Shown piece after piece: positions 1-8,670 of a stretch of 26,931 nt of DNA (position 1 is the first letter of the stretch; each line of letters opens with the position of its first letter). The notes under the pieces are model-generated. The model saw only the letters and a list, made by a program, of their open reading frames with translations. It did not search any database and had not been told where the DNA came from. Where the stretch lies: assembly GCA_043801585.1 (NCBI GenBank), contig JAZDLX010000040.1, positions 1 to 26,931 on the forward strand, in the 5' to 3' direction. Source of the DNA: a bacterium. Lineage in GTDB: Bacteria; Electryoneota; Electryoneia; Electryoneales; Electryoneaceae. A program made the position numbers and the translations under genes.

Positions 1-17
1 CGAGGCGTAGCTTCAGG

Positions 18-428
18 TTGAAGGCGATGGAACAGGTGCATCTCGAGGTCTGGAAGGGTGGACTTTCGGAAAAAGCCTACCGGGCTGTCTGTGATGTTCA
101 CGATGTCGTTGTGGACCGCCGTCTGAATCGTTGGGCTCTGACTTCGCTCGGTACGTTGTTTGCCGGGGGGGACACCGAGAATCAGCTTTCCTGGGCACGG
201 ATGGTCCGTCACGATCTCCATGAATTCGGTGCAACAGAAGCGGAACTCGTCTGGATCGATCGAATCGTACGGGATATTAATCCCGCTCTTCTCTATCTGC
301 GTGGACTTCATCCGGAATATGAGTTGAGGCCTGAACAGGCCGTCGTCGGGCTCTGCACACTTTCCGTGACAGAGCCGGAGATCCTCGGTGACGCGGTCAA
401 GCTCGCCGATAAAGCGCTTATTCGATAG
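18..428 (+). CDS. Hypothetical protein, probably the 3' part of a gene starting left of the window
   Basis: Frame is open back to the window edge; codon usage resembles neighbouring genes; a strong hairpin follows downstream. No recognisable motif. Confidence 0.5.
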   Translation: MKAMEQVHLEVWKGGLSEKAYRAVCDVHDVVVDRRLNRWALTSLGTLFAGGDTENQLSWARMVRHDLHEFGATEAELVWIDRIVRDINPALLYLRGLHPEYELRPEQAVVGLCTLSVTEPEILGDAVKLADKALIR

Positions 429-584
429 GCCAAGTACCGGACAGGTTAAGAAGCAATGAACTGGAGGCTATATCCGGTTATGATCTCGAGCGCTCGCGTC
501 AATCGTGAATAGAGAGTCATAAACGGATCGCTGCATCCCGAGTCGGCCAGAGGAGTTCCGGTTCGGATCTCACTCGACACATCA

Positions 585-623
585 AGCAAACCGCTCATCT
601 CCTCTCGGGATGGGCGGTTTGCT
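585..623. terminator. 15-bp stem hairpin between convergent genes; possible bidirectional terminator
   Basis: AGCAAACCGCTCATC (585-599) pairs with GATGGGCGGTTTGCT (609-623) with one G-U; no long U-tract. Confidence 0.55.
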
Positions 624-644
624 CTGTGGAAACCAGACGGATTT

Positions 645-690
645 GGAGATTGCCTCGCCATGCCGATGCTTCGGCATGGCTGGCAATGAC
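645..690 (-). repeat. 46-nt palindromic (REP-like) element, copy A
   Basis: Minus strand reads GTC-ATTGCC-A-GCCATGCCGA-AGCA-TCGGCATGGC-GA-GGCAAT-CTCC: 6-bp outer and 10-bp inner stems; colinear with copy B. Confidence 0.85.
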
Positions 691-699
691 ACCATGCAA

Positions 700-745
700 G
701 TCATCACCAGCGATCCCGATGTTTCGGGATCGCGCGGTGATCTCC
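700..745 (+). repeat. 46-nt palindromic (REP-like) element, copy B
   Basis: GTC-ATCACC-A-GCGATCCCGA-TGTT-TCGGGATCGC-GC-GGTGAT-CTCC; 34/46 identical to copy A, with all stem differences compensatory. Confidence 0.85.
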
Positions 746-808
746 GAAGGGCTTCTTGTTCTATCAGGTCGTAAGTACAATGGATACCTGCCACGACTTT
801 TAATTCGT

Positions 809-2614
809 TTAGTCGAGCAGCGGAAGCGAGAACTTCTCCTGGTCGCTGAACTCCGCCGCGTAGTCGAGCTCACCGGTGTAGCGGCCGTTAACTTTTTTAA
901 GACGTGGGAAGATCAAGCCTCTGCCCAGCGGAAAATCGGCAGTACGGCGGTCGATCTCGGCTTTCAACTCGTCGGGTCTGACAAATTCGTTGCGCAGGAC
1001 TGTTGCCCCGGCCTTGTCGCCGGTCGCTTTCAGATCGGCGACTCGTTTCAGAAGCTTCTTCACCTCGGCCGGCCCTTTGCCATGATCCAGTTCGAATTTG
1101 ATCGTTCCATCCACCTCCACTCGACGGATGACCCCCGCTGCCTCGAGCGCGTGAAACATCCCGTTGCGCGCCTTGGTATGGGCCTGTACCGGGTCGAATT
1201 TGAGGCTCATCACCATGCTCAGCAACATCCCGTCGTAGCACGCGCGGACGGTTTCTTTGTCCGCCACCTTCTCCTGAAGCAGCAGATCCAGCGCGAAAAG
1301 GCCGAACAGTTCGGCGCGGGTCTCCTCCAGCCAGGAGTACTCGTCCTCCAGGTACCCGCTGGGCTGTCCCACGCTCGCTTCCGGCGCCTGCCGTCCGGTG
1401 GTGTGCCCGATTTCGTGAAGCGCGCTGTGAAGCTGGTTGGCGTCGAAGAGACGGTCGGCGACCCGTTCGAATTCAGCTTTCGTCAGAAATTCTTTCGCTG
1501 AAAGGTTGCCCGAGACACGGTGGATCGCCTTGCCGGTGTTGACGTACACCATGTTGACCGTGCCGATATTTTTAGCTACCCATTCCTCGTTTGGCAGGCT
1601 TTGTGCGAGGGTGGTGAACGGACCGGTGACGTAGTCGCCGGACCATGTTAGCACGTTGACGAATTTCAGTTTCGGGAGGGTTTCGGGATCCACCTGTTCG
1701 CGCCGATAGGTCCACGGCGCCTGAGCTTCCCAGCGCGGGACACGCTCGGTCAGCGCATGAAGCAGTGCGTTCATCGATTCGTCGGTGACGTAAACCCCGC
1801 CTGTCGCCGCACCACGGAAATTTTTCCAGTCGTCGAGATAAACTTCAAGCGCCGTCGAAATGACGATGTCAATGGAACTGCAGTGACGCACCCAGGTGAA
1901 ATCCGCCAGTCGCCGCGCCTCCTCGGAGCCTGTAACCAACTCGAGAATTTTGGCGTCAAGATAGAGCCGCAGCCCCACGTCCCTGCTCAGGTCGCGGGCG
2001 GCTGCGAGGTGGTCGAGGACCGGACCGAGGGTTTCGCTGTACCGATCTTCGTTGCGGATGACATGCAGGTCATTCTCCTGGTCACGGACGACGCTCGTGT
2101 TGACAAGCTTTCCCGCTTCCCCAAGGTTCTTCAATTCATCCTCGGTGATGTTGGGGGGATAGAAATTCGCCTTGGCCGGAGTTTCCTGTCCGGACGTCAG
2201 GAGCGAGAGGAGGGATTCCAGTTCCTCCGGCAATCCGGAAAACCTGCCGGTTGCGAGTTCAGCCAGACGTTCATAGGGAATCTCCAGCAGATGATTCTTG
2301 CGCGGGAGCAGGCTCCACGGTCCGTTCTGCAGGTTCAGCACCGTGAGGTAATCGTCGATCAGCCGTTTTTCCTCGCCGGTTGCACCCTCCGCCAGCGAAA
2401 GGAGCAATTCACGCAACGGTTCGGTGAACGGGTCGAACTGATCCCTGAAAATGGGATTCATGCCATCGCTGGCATCGATCAGATGGCCCAACATCTGTAT
2501 TTGTTCGTCGTCAAACCGGCTGAGATCCACTTCGACCGGAACGATGGCGGCTTTGCGAGGAGGCTCGCCACTCTGGCGGTAGGGAACGGTACGAATTTCG
2601 GTTGAGGAAGCCAT
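809..2614 (-). CDS. Peptidase family M49 (dipeptidyl peptidase III-like zinc metallopeptidase)
   Basis: HEIGH zinc motif followed by EETRAE (the M49 EExR/KAE/D motif); ANFYP, LEVYLD and AQSLPNEEWV segments typical of bacterial DPP III; SD-like AGGAG upstream of the ATG. Confidence 0.85.
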   Translation of the reverse strand: MASSTEIRTVPYRQSGEPPRKAAIVPVEVDLSRFDDEQIQMLGHLIDASDGMNPIFRDQFDPFTEPLRELLLSLAEGATGEEKRLIDDYLTVLNLQNGPWSLLPRKNHLLEIPYERLAELATGRFSGLPEELESLLSLLTSGQETPAKANFYPPNITEDELKNLGEAGKLVNTSVVRDQENDLHVIRNEDRYSETLGPVLDHLAAARDLSRDVGLRLYLDAKILELVTGSEEARRLADFTWVRHCSSIDIVISTALEVYLDDWKNFRGAATGGVYVTDESMNALLHALTERVPRWEAQAPWTYRREQVDPETLPKLKFVNVLTWSGDYVTGPFTTLAQSLPNEEWVAKNIGTVNMVYVNTGKAIHRVSGNLSAKEFLTKAEFERVADRLFDANQLHSALHEIGHTTGRQAPEASVGQPSGYLEDEYSWLEETRAELFGLFALDLLLQEKVADKETVRACYDGMLLSMVMSLKFDPVQAHTKARNGMFHALEAAGVIRRVEVDGTIKFELDHGKGPAEVKKLLKRVADLKATGDKAGATVLRNEFVRPDELKAEIDRRTADFPLGRGLIFPRLKKVNGRYTGELDYAAEFSDQEKFSLPLLD

Positions 2615-2778
2615 GAAAAACTCCTGTAGATTGGTGCTGTTGGCAGGGGAATGTACTGCCCTCCGGACAACGCCTCAAGACACCCGGACGTAAACCTCCG
2701 GGGGTCAGATATCGTTCAACGAATTGCAGATTTACTAATCATTTTGAGCGAAAATGCTTGCTTTGACTAGCGGACGAG

Positions 2779-2816
2779 TGTACGATTTCGAACAGGCAAT
2801 GTACGTGAAGAGGACA
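2779..2816. promoter_or_regulatory. Putative tandem enhancer-binding-protein sites (UAS)
   Basis: TGTACGATTTCGAACA (2779-2794, TGT-N10-ACA) and TGTACGTGAAGAGGACA (2800-2816, TGT-N11-ACA), separated from a -24/-12 motif by an AT-rich spacer. Confidence 0.55.
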
Positions 2817-2867
2817 TATTATTTGGAGTGAAAATCTTAAATTCAGTAAATACAAGAGCGACAAAAG

Positions 2868-2883
2868 AGGCACAGGGTTCGCA
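2868..2883 (+). promoter_or_regulatory. Sigma-54 (-24/-12) promoter of the transporter operon
   Basis: AGGCACAGGGTTCGCA with exact GG-N10-GC spacing, 36 nt before the ATG at 2920; an NtrC-family activator is encoded in the same locus. Confidence 0.7.
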
Positions 2884-2919
2884 TAAGTAGCGGTGCCGGG
2901 CGAAAAAAAAGGATCGATC

Positions 2920-4173
2920 ATGGATCGCGTCATCGAGAAAAAGAAGTGGCCTCCCAAAAGAATTGGAATGTATGCCCTCGGTGTTCTGGTGCTTGCCGCC
3001 ATCGTCTACAGCCTTGTCTTTGCCAGCCATGAAAGCAAATTAAATGTTCAGGCGGATCGGCTGACTGTTTCAGAAGTCAGAGAGGGCCTGTTTCTCGATT
3101 ATATCCCCGCCAATGGAACCGTCATGCCGTTGAAAACAGTGTATCTCGATGCCGTCGAAGGAGGCCAGGTCGATACGATGTTCGTGGAAGAAGGCGCGGT
3201 GCTCAAAGAGGGGCAGCCGATCCTGCGGTTGACCAACACCAACCTCCTGCTCGACATCATGTACCGTGAAGCGGAACTCTTTCAACAGATCAATAACCTT
3301 CGTAATACCCGTCTCTCGATGCAGCAGAACGAGCTGAATCTGAAATCCAACCTGCTGGAACTGGACAACCAGATTGCGGACCAGAGGCGTGCCTATCAGA
3401 GGGATCAGGAACTTTTCGATAAAAGTCTGATCAGTAAGATTCAATTTGAAGATTCACGCGATCAGTACAAGTACCTCCAGGAACGCCGCAATCTGACCCT
3501 CGCGAATCACCGTATCGACAGCACGTTCCGCAGCTTACAGGTCGAACAGCTTGAGGATAACGTTCACCGCATGCAGTCCAACCTTGTGGTGATTAAAGAC
3601 CGGCAGGACAGATTGACCCTCCGTGCACCGATTCGCGGCCAGTTGACCAGTCTGATTGCCGAAGTGGGGCAATCAAAGGGTTCCGGTGAACGTCTTGGCC
3701 AGATCGACATGCTTGACGGTTTCAAGGTTCGAGCGGGCATCGACGAACATTTCATCGCACGCATTCAAACAGGGTTGAAGGGCGAATTCGACTTCGACAA
3801 TCAGACGTACACGCTGACGATCACCAAGGTCTACCCTGAGGTTGCCAACGGCCGTTTCGAGGTTGACCTGGAGTTCGATGGTGAGGAACCGGGTGGGATC
3901 CGCCGCGGCCAGACCGTTCGCATTCGCCTTGAACTCGGCGGCAGCAATGAGGCGATCCTGCTCGCCCGTGGAGGTTTTTACCAGAGCACCGGTGGTCAGT
4001 GGGTCTATGTCGTTTCTTCCGGTGGTGATTATGCTGTCAAGCGCCGGATTCAGATCGGCCGCCAGAACCCGCAGGATTATGAAGTCCTCGACGGTCTCGA
4101 GCCGGGAGAAAAAGTGATTACATCGAGTTACGACACCTTTGGAGATGTTGACCGGTTGATGTTGAAACATTAA
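2920..4173 (+). CDS. Periplasmic adaptor / membrane fusion protein (HlyD/MacA family)
   Basis: N-terminal TM anchor, lipoyl half-motifs (GGQVDTMFVEEGAVLKEGQPI; LRAPIRGQL), coiled coil, C-terminal EVLDGLEPGEKVI. ATG 2920 with AAGGA SD preferred over GTG 2893. Confidence 0.92.
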   Translation: MDRVIEKKKWPPKRIGMYALGVLVLAAIVYSLVFASHESKLNVQADRLTVSEVREGLFLDYIPANGTVMPLKTVYLDAVEGGQVDTMFVEEGAVLKEGQPILRLTNTNLLLDIMYREAELFQQINNLRNTRLSMQQNELNLKSNLLELDNQIADQRRAYQRDQELFDKSLISKIQFEDSRDQYKYLQERRNLTLANHRIDSTFRSLQVEQLEDNVHRMQSNLVVIKDRQDRLTLRAPIRGQLTSLIAEVGQSKGSGERLGQIDMLDGFKVRAGIDEHFIARIQTGLKGEFDFDNQTYTLTITKVYPEVANGRFEVDLEFDGEEPGGIRRGQTVRIRLELGGSNEAILLARGGFYQSTGGQWVYVVSSGGDYAVKRRIQIGRQNPQDYEVLDGLEPGEKVITSSYDTFGDVDRLMLKH

Positions 4174-4275
4174 TGCCGTTTTGTCTGTCGTATTGTAAAC
4201 GACATCGATATACATAACGAATCTGCATCGGCGGTGTTTCGACCGGGAATCCGCCGACAACGAGGAGATCAAGGG

Positions 4276-4965
4276 ATGATCAGAACCGTCGACCTGAAGA
4301 AAATCTACACCACCGAGGAAGTCGAAACCACCGCTTTGAACAGTGTCAATATCGAGATCAAAGAGGGTGAGTTCGTTGCCATCATGGGACCTTCGGGGTG
4401 TGGAAAATCTACCCTCCTGAATCTGCTCGGACTGCTCGACAATCCGACGGAAGGTGAGTACCACTTCCTTGGTCATGAAGTCTCGAAATTCAGCGAACGT
4501 CAGCGTGCCAACCTGCGCAAAGCGAACATCGGCTTCGTTTTCCAGAGCTTCAACCTGATCGACGAGCTGACAGTCTTCGAGAACGTCGAGCTGCCCTTGT
4601 TGTACCTTGGTGTTCCCGCGAACGAGCGTAAATCGCGGGTTTCGGAAGTGCTTGAGAATATGCAAATTATGCACCGAAAAAATCACTTCCCTCAACAGCT
4701 TTCGGGTGGTCAGCAGCAACGTGTTGCTGTCGCACGAGCGGTTGTTGCGAAACCCAAGATGATCCTCGCGGACGAGCCGACGGGTAACCTTGACTCAGCT
4801 CACGGCGAAGAAGTGATGAAGCTTCTGACGAGCCTCAATGAATCCGGTACGACAGTGATCATGGTGACGCACTCGCCATCGGATGCGGAGTTTTCGCACC
4901 GGATCATCCACCTCTTCGACGGTCATGTGGTGACTGAGAACGTCAACGAGCACCAGCTTCTATAG
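4276..4965 (+). CDS. ABC transporter ATP-binding protein (LolD/MacB-NBD family)
   Basis: Walker A GPSGCGKS, signature LSGGQQQRVA, Walker [13 protein letters not shown]-loop VTH; GAGGAG SD upstream of ATG 4276. Confidence 0.95.
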   Translation: MIRTVDLKKIYTTEEVETTALNSVNIEIKEGEFVAIMGPSGCGKSTLLNLLGLLDNPTEGEYHFLGHEVSKFSERQRANLRKANIGFVFQSFNLIDELTVFENVELPLLYLGVPANERKSRVSEVLENMQIMHRKNHFPQQLSGGQQQRVAVARAVVAKPKMILADEPTGNLDSAHGEEVMKLLTSLNESGTTVIMVTHSPSDAEFSHRIIHLFDGHVVTENVNEHQLL

Positions 4966-5152
4966 TCATCCAAAGAAGCCTCTGCGCGCGCCGTACCAGC
5001 CGTGATCGTTCGCCCGGTCCTGGTCGATTTTTGGTGCGGCGCGCCAATCTTCCTACGGTCGCTGAATGTTGAGAATCCTATCACCGCATCGAGATACCCG
5101 AGTCGCTGACCTGACTATTCTTTCGTCCTGGTGAGTCAACAGGGAGACACAA

Positions 5153-5431
5153 ATGGGTGCCTGGAAAATCCTGGTTCGACTCTTTCACAGGCAAAAACTG
5201 TTGACTTCAATCAGCTTGGCAGGATTTGTGGTCAGTATGGCGGCGAACATTCTCTTCTTTTTCCATTCTGCCCATCATCTCACCCTTGACCAATTCCACA
5301 GCAAATCAGATCGCATCTTCATCATCCACAACGTGTGCCATCTGCTGACTGATGTGCAGCGCCTGAATGACACAAGGGTCGCCTCGTGGGTGGTAAAAAC
5401 AAATTCTCAGGAAGCGTTACGGAACGAATAA
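5153..5431 (+). pseudogene. Internally deleted MacB/FtsX-type ABC permease (N- and C-terminal ends only)
   Basis: First ~60 aa align with the N-terminus of the 6207 permease (LDQFHSKSDRI vs YDRFNKNADRI); end KTNSQEALRNE* matches its C-terminus NLNPITTLRYE*; GGGAGA SD retained. Confidence 0.7.
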
Positions 5432-5501
5432 CGGGTGCGAGCGTTGTGCGTCGCCCGATAATTCTCGGCTGGTTTCGTGCCAGCTCAGTGTGGGAGAGAA
5501 A

Positions 5502-6179
5502 ATGATTGAGATCCGAGACCTCTTCAAGTACTACACCAACGGTTTCATCAAGACCTATGTCCTGCAGGATGTGTCGCTGACGGTCGATGAGGGAGAATTT
5601 CTTTCGGTCATGGGACCATCGGGGGCGGGAAAGTCGACGCTGCTTTACATCATTGGCATGCTGGATAGCGAAAGTGAGGGGGAGTACCTCTTCTACGATC
5701 AGCACGTGCACAAGCTGAACGAGAAGAAGCGCACCGAAATTCACCGCGAGCACATCGGTTTTGTCTTCCAGCAGTACCACCTGATCGACGATCTCACCGT
5801 CTACGAGAACCTGGAGACACCTCTGCTTTATAAAAAGGTGAAGAGTTCCGAACGGAAAAGCCTCGTCAACGACATGCTCGACCGTTTCCAGATTGTCGCC
5901 AAGAAAGGTCTCTTTCCAAGCCAATTATCGGGAGGACAGCAGCAACTCGTGGGAATCGCCCGGGCGCTGATCACCCGTCCCAGGCTGATCCTTGCGGACG
6001 AGCCGACCGGCAACCTGAACAGCCGTCAGGGCAAGGAAATCATGGACCTCCTGAAGAAACTGAATGAAGAGGAAGGAACCTCCATTATCCAGGTAACCCA
6101 CAACGAGGAATGGGCTCGCTACGCCCATCGTATTGTGGATCTGCTGGACGGCCGTGTCGTGTCGGATCAGCCAGTGTAG
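5502..6179 (+). CDS. Second ABC transporter ATP-binding protein (LolD/MacB-NBD family)
   Basis: [44 protein letters not shown] before ATG 5502. Confidence 0.95.
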   Translation: MIEIRDLFKYYTNGFIKTYVLQDVSLTVDEGEFLSVMGPSGAGKSTLLYIIGMLDSESEGEYLFYDQHVHKLNEKKRTEIHREHIGFVFQQYHLIDDLTVYENLETPLLYKKVKSSERKSLVNDMLDRFQIVAKKGLFPSQLSGGQQQLVGIARALITRPRLILADEPTGNLNSRQGKEIMDLLKKLNEEEGTSIIQVTHNEEWARYAHRIVDLLDGRVVSDQPV

Positions 6180-6206
6180 TCATCACTCATCGTCAGGGGA
6201 GCCAGA

Positions 6207-8582
6207 ATGCTCTCGAGCAACCTCAAAATTGCATTTCGAAATCTCTGGCGCAGCAAGGGATATTCGATCATCAACATAACTGGATTTGCTGTCGGCATCG
6301 CCAGCGTTTTGCTGCTTACTCTCTTCATTCGACACCAGTTGAGTTATGATCGTTTCAATAAAAATGCCGACCGGATTGTCCTGGCCGACTACGATTTTTT
6401 CTGGGGCGGTGAGTGGAAACGGATCGGCGAAGCGCAACCCGGATTTGGCCCTGCCGCCGTGCAGGAGTTTTCGCAGGTGGAGGATTTTGTCCGTGTCCGG
6501 CACTGGGGAGAGGCACCTTTTCGAGTTGGCGAGAAGACATTTCTTGAGGATGCCGACTTCGCGGACCCGTCATTCTTCAGGATATTCACCGTGGATGTGA
6601 TCGCGGGAGATCCCCTGGAAGGATTGAAATGGCCCAACACCACCGCACTCAGCCAATCCACGGCCGACCGGTTGTTCGGGGGGCAAACCCCTGTTGGCAA
6701 GACGATCTACTTCGATGGGAAAACCCCTTTCGAGGTCGTGGCGGTTTACAAGGATCTTCCCTCCAAAAGTTATTTGCGGCCCGGTCTTCTGCTTTCGATG
6801 GAGACCTTTCGCACACCCGATTTCGCCTGGGGTGATTTCGACCTGTTGTATTACTGGAATACGTTCAATTTTCCGACCTACCTGCTGCTCTCCGATGGCG
6901 CCGACTGGAAGGCGTTGGATGCGCAACTGCCCGATTTCATCCAACGGCATTACACGGAAGATGTGCATTCCGAGATGAAACCGCGTCTGGTGCCGCTGGT
7001 TGACCTGCATCTCCAGGGCGATTACACGCGGATAACTATTTTCGCTCTCGTCGGGGCGTTCATCCTCGCTATCGCGATCATGAATTTCATCAACCTGACC
7101 ACCGCGCGCAGCGCTCAGCGGGCACGGGAGATCGGACTGCGAAAGGTGATGGGCGGGACACGGCGCGCGTTGATTGTCCAGTTCCTCGGCGAATCGATCC
7201 TCGTCACCTTGTTTGCAACGCTTCTCGGGCTGTTTCTTGCCGAACTGTTGCTGCCCTGGTTTTCCCATCTTGCAGACAGTCAGTTCTCGATCCCTGTGCT
7301 GAGCGACCCGCTTTTCTTGCCGTCGATGCTTCTGTTCGCTGTTCTCGTCGGAGTGCTGGCTGGGATTTACCCTGCGTTTGTGCTCGCATCCCACTCTCCC
7401 GCTCGGGCGCTCAAAGGGAACGCCGTAACGGGTCGCGCGAAGAGCGGTTTTCGCCGGTTGCTGGTGTTGACACAGTTTGCCCTGACGCTGGCAATGATCG
7501 CGGGAACTGTAACGGTCTATCGGCAGCTTCACTACCTGCAGCGCCGCGACATCGGATTCGACCGCGAGAATCTTATTTACATCCGCATGCGCGCGGAAGA
7601 CGTCAAGAAGCAGGCAGAATCGTTGAAAGCCGACATGAAAAAGGATCCGCGCATCGTTTCGGCGAGCATCGTCTCACGGATGATCGGCGCGGTGGATGGG
7701 GGAGGCTGGTCGATCGAGACACCCGCGATGCGTGCCCGAAGCGAGTCGATGGGTATTTTCGCGATCTTCGGCGATGCTGATCTGGAAGCAACGCTGGGAT
7801 TGAAGCCCCTCTGGGGTCGAACGTTCATGGCCGACGACGAAAAACGGAACGATGGCTATCTAATCAACAAGGCCGCCGCGGAGGCGGTGGGACTTGATCC
7901 GGACAGCGATCCGAGGATGACGATCTACGGAGGTGGGCCTTTCGGCGAGGTGGTCGGGATTCTCGACAATTTCAATTTCCGCCCCCTTTACAATAACACC
8001 GAGCCCGTCGTCATCGGCACGCTCAGGCCCGACAACATGTTCGACCGTCGCTATATCGCCCTGCGCATCTCGCCCGGACCCGTCGACGAAGTCATCCAGC
8101 ACCTGCGGACGGTGTGGAAGAAGTACGAACCCGGCATGGAACTCGAGTACACGTTCCTGGACGATGCACTTGAGAACCAGTACCGCGCGGAAAGCAGGTT
8201 GAGCGAAATCCTTGCCGGTTTCTCGGGGTTGGCGCTGGTTGTCGCGGCGCTTGGACTGCTGGGGTTGACAGCGTATATCACCGAGCGCCGGAAGAAAGAA
8301 ATCGGTGTGCGCAAGGTGCTCGGTGCGGGTGTGCCCAGGATTGTTGGGCTGATGGTGCGAGATTTCACCATTCCAGTGCTGATCGCAAATGTGTTCGCTT
8401 GGCCCGCAACCTTGTTCTACCTGCGGCACTGGCTCGGGAATTTCCCCTACCATGTGGATCTGACACTCGCTCCATTCGTGGGGATCGGGACGGGAGTGCC
8501 GCTGGTTTCGCTGATGGTCGTCGTCGCAGTCACCTGGCGCACAGCCAATCTGAATCCCATAACAACGTTGCGATATGAATAG
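6207..8582 (+). CDS. ABC transporter permease, duplicated MacB-PCD/FtsX architecture
   Basis: LKIAFRNLWR start; two copies of the FtsX motif (RAREIGLRKVMGG; RKKEIGVRKVLGA); two large periplasmic domains; ends NPITTLRYE. Confidence 0.93.
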   Translation: MLSSNLKIAFRNLWRSKGYSIINITGFAVGIASVLLLTLFIRHQLSYDRFNKNADRIVLADYDFFWGGEWKRIGEAQPGFGPAAVQEFSQVEDFVRVRHWGEAPFRVGEKTFLEDADFADPSFFRIFTVDVIAGDPLEGLKWPNTTALSQSTADRLFGGQTPVGKTIYFDGKTPFEVVAVYKDLPSKSYLRPGLLLSMETFRTPDFAWGDFDLLYYWNTFNFPTYLLLSDGADWKALDAQLPDFIQRHYTEDVHSEMKPRLVPLVDLHLQGDYTRITIFALVGAFILAIAIMNFINLTTARSAQRAREIGLRKVMGGTRRALIVQFLGESILVTLFATLLGLFLAELLLPWFSHLADSQFSIPVLSDPLFLPSMLLFAVLVGVLAGIYPAFVLASHSPARALKGNAVTGRAKSGFRRLLVLTQFALTLAMIAGTVTVYRQLHYLQRRDIGFDRENLIYIRMRAEDVKKQAESLKADMKKDPRIVSASIVSRMIGAVDGGGWSIETPAMRARSESMGIFAIFGDADLEATLGLKPLWGRTFMADDEKRNDGYLINKAAAEAVGLDPDSDPRMTIYGGGPFGEVVGILDNFNFRPLYNNTEPVVIGTLRPDNMFDRRYIALRISPGPVDEVIQHLRTVWKKYEPGMELEYTFLDDALENQYRAESRLSEILAGFSGLALVVAALGLLGLTAYITERRKKEIGVRKVLGAGVPRIVGLMVRDFTIPVLIANVFAWPATLFYLRHWLGNFPYHVDLTLAPFVGIGTGVPLVSLMVVVAVTWRTANLNPITTLRYE

Positions 8583-8670
8583 TCCGATTTCGTGGAGCCC
8601 GGGGATGCCTCCCCGTGAATAGATGGATCAACGATTGATCCAGGCAGCTACGTTTTTGTTGGAGGGTAGT

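Noticed and set aside
585..745. Clustered hairpins as a CRISPR array
   Set aside because: Only two related units, inverted rather than direct, with a 9-nt gap and no cas genes.
626..2605. Long plus-strand ORFs 626-1501 and 1757-2605
   Set aside because: Antisense shadows of the M49 peptidase with no motifs; the same applies to 3673-4719, 6570-7532, 9049-9807, 10190-11026 and 20270-21148.
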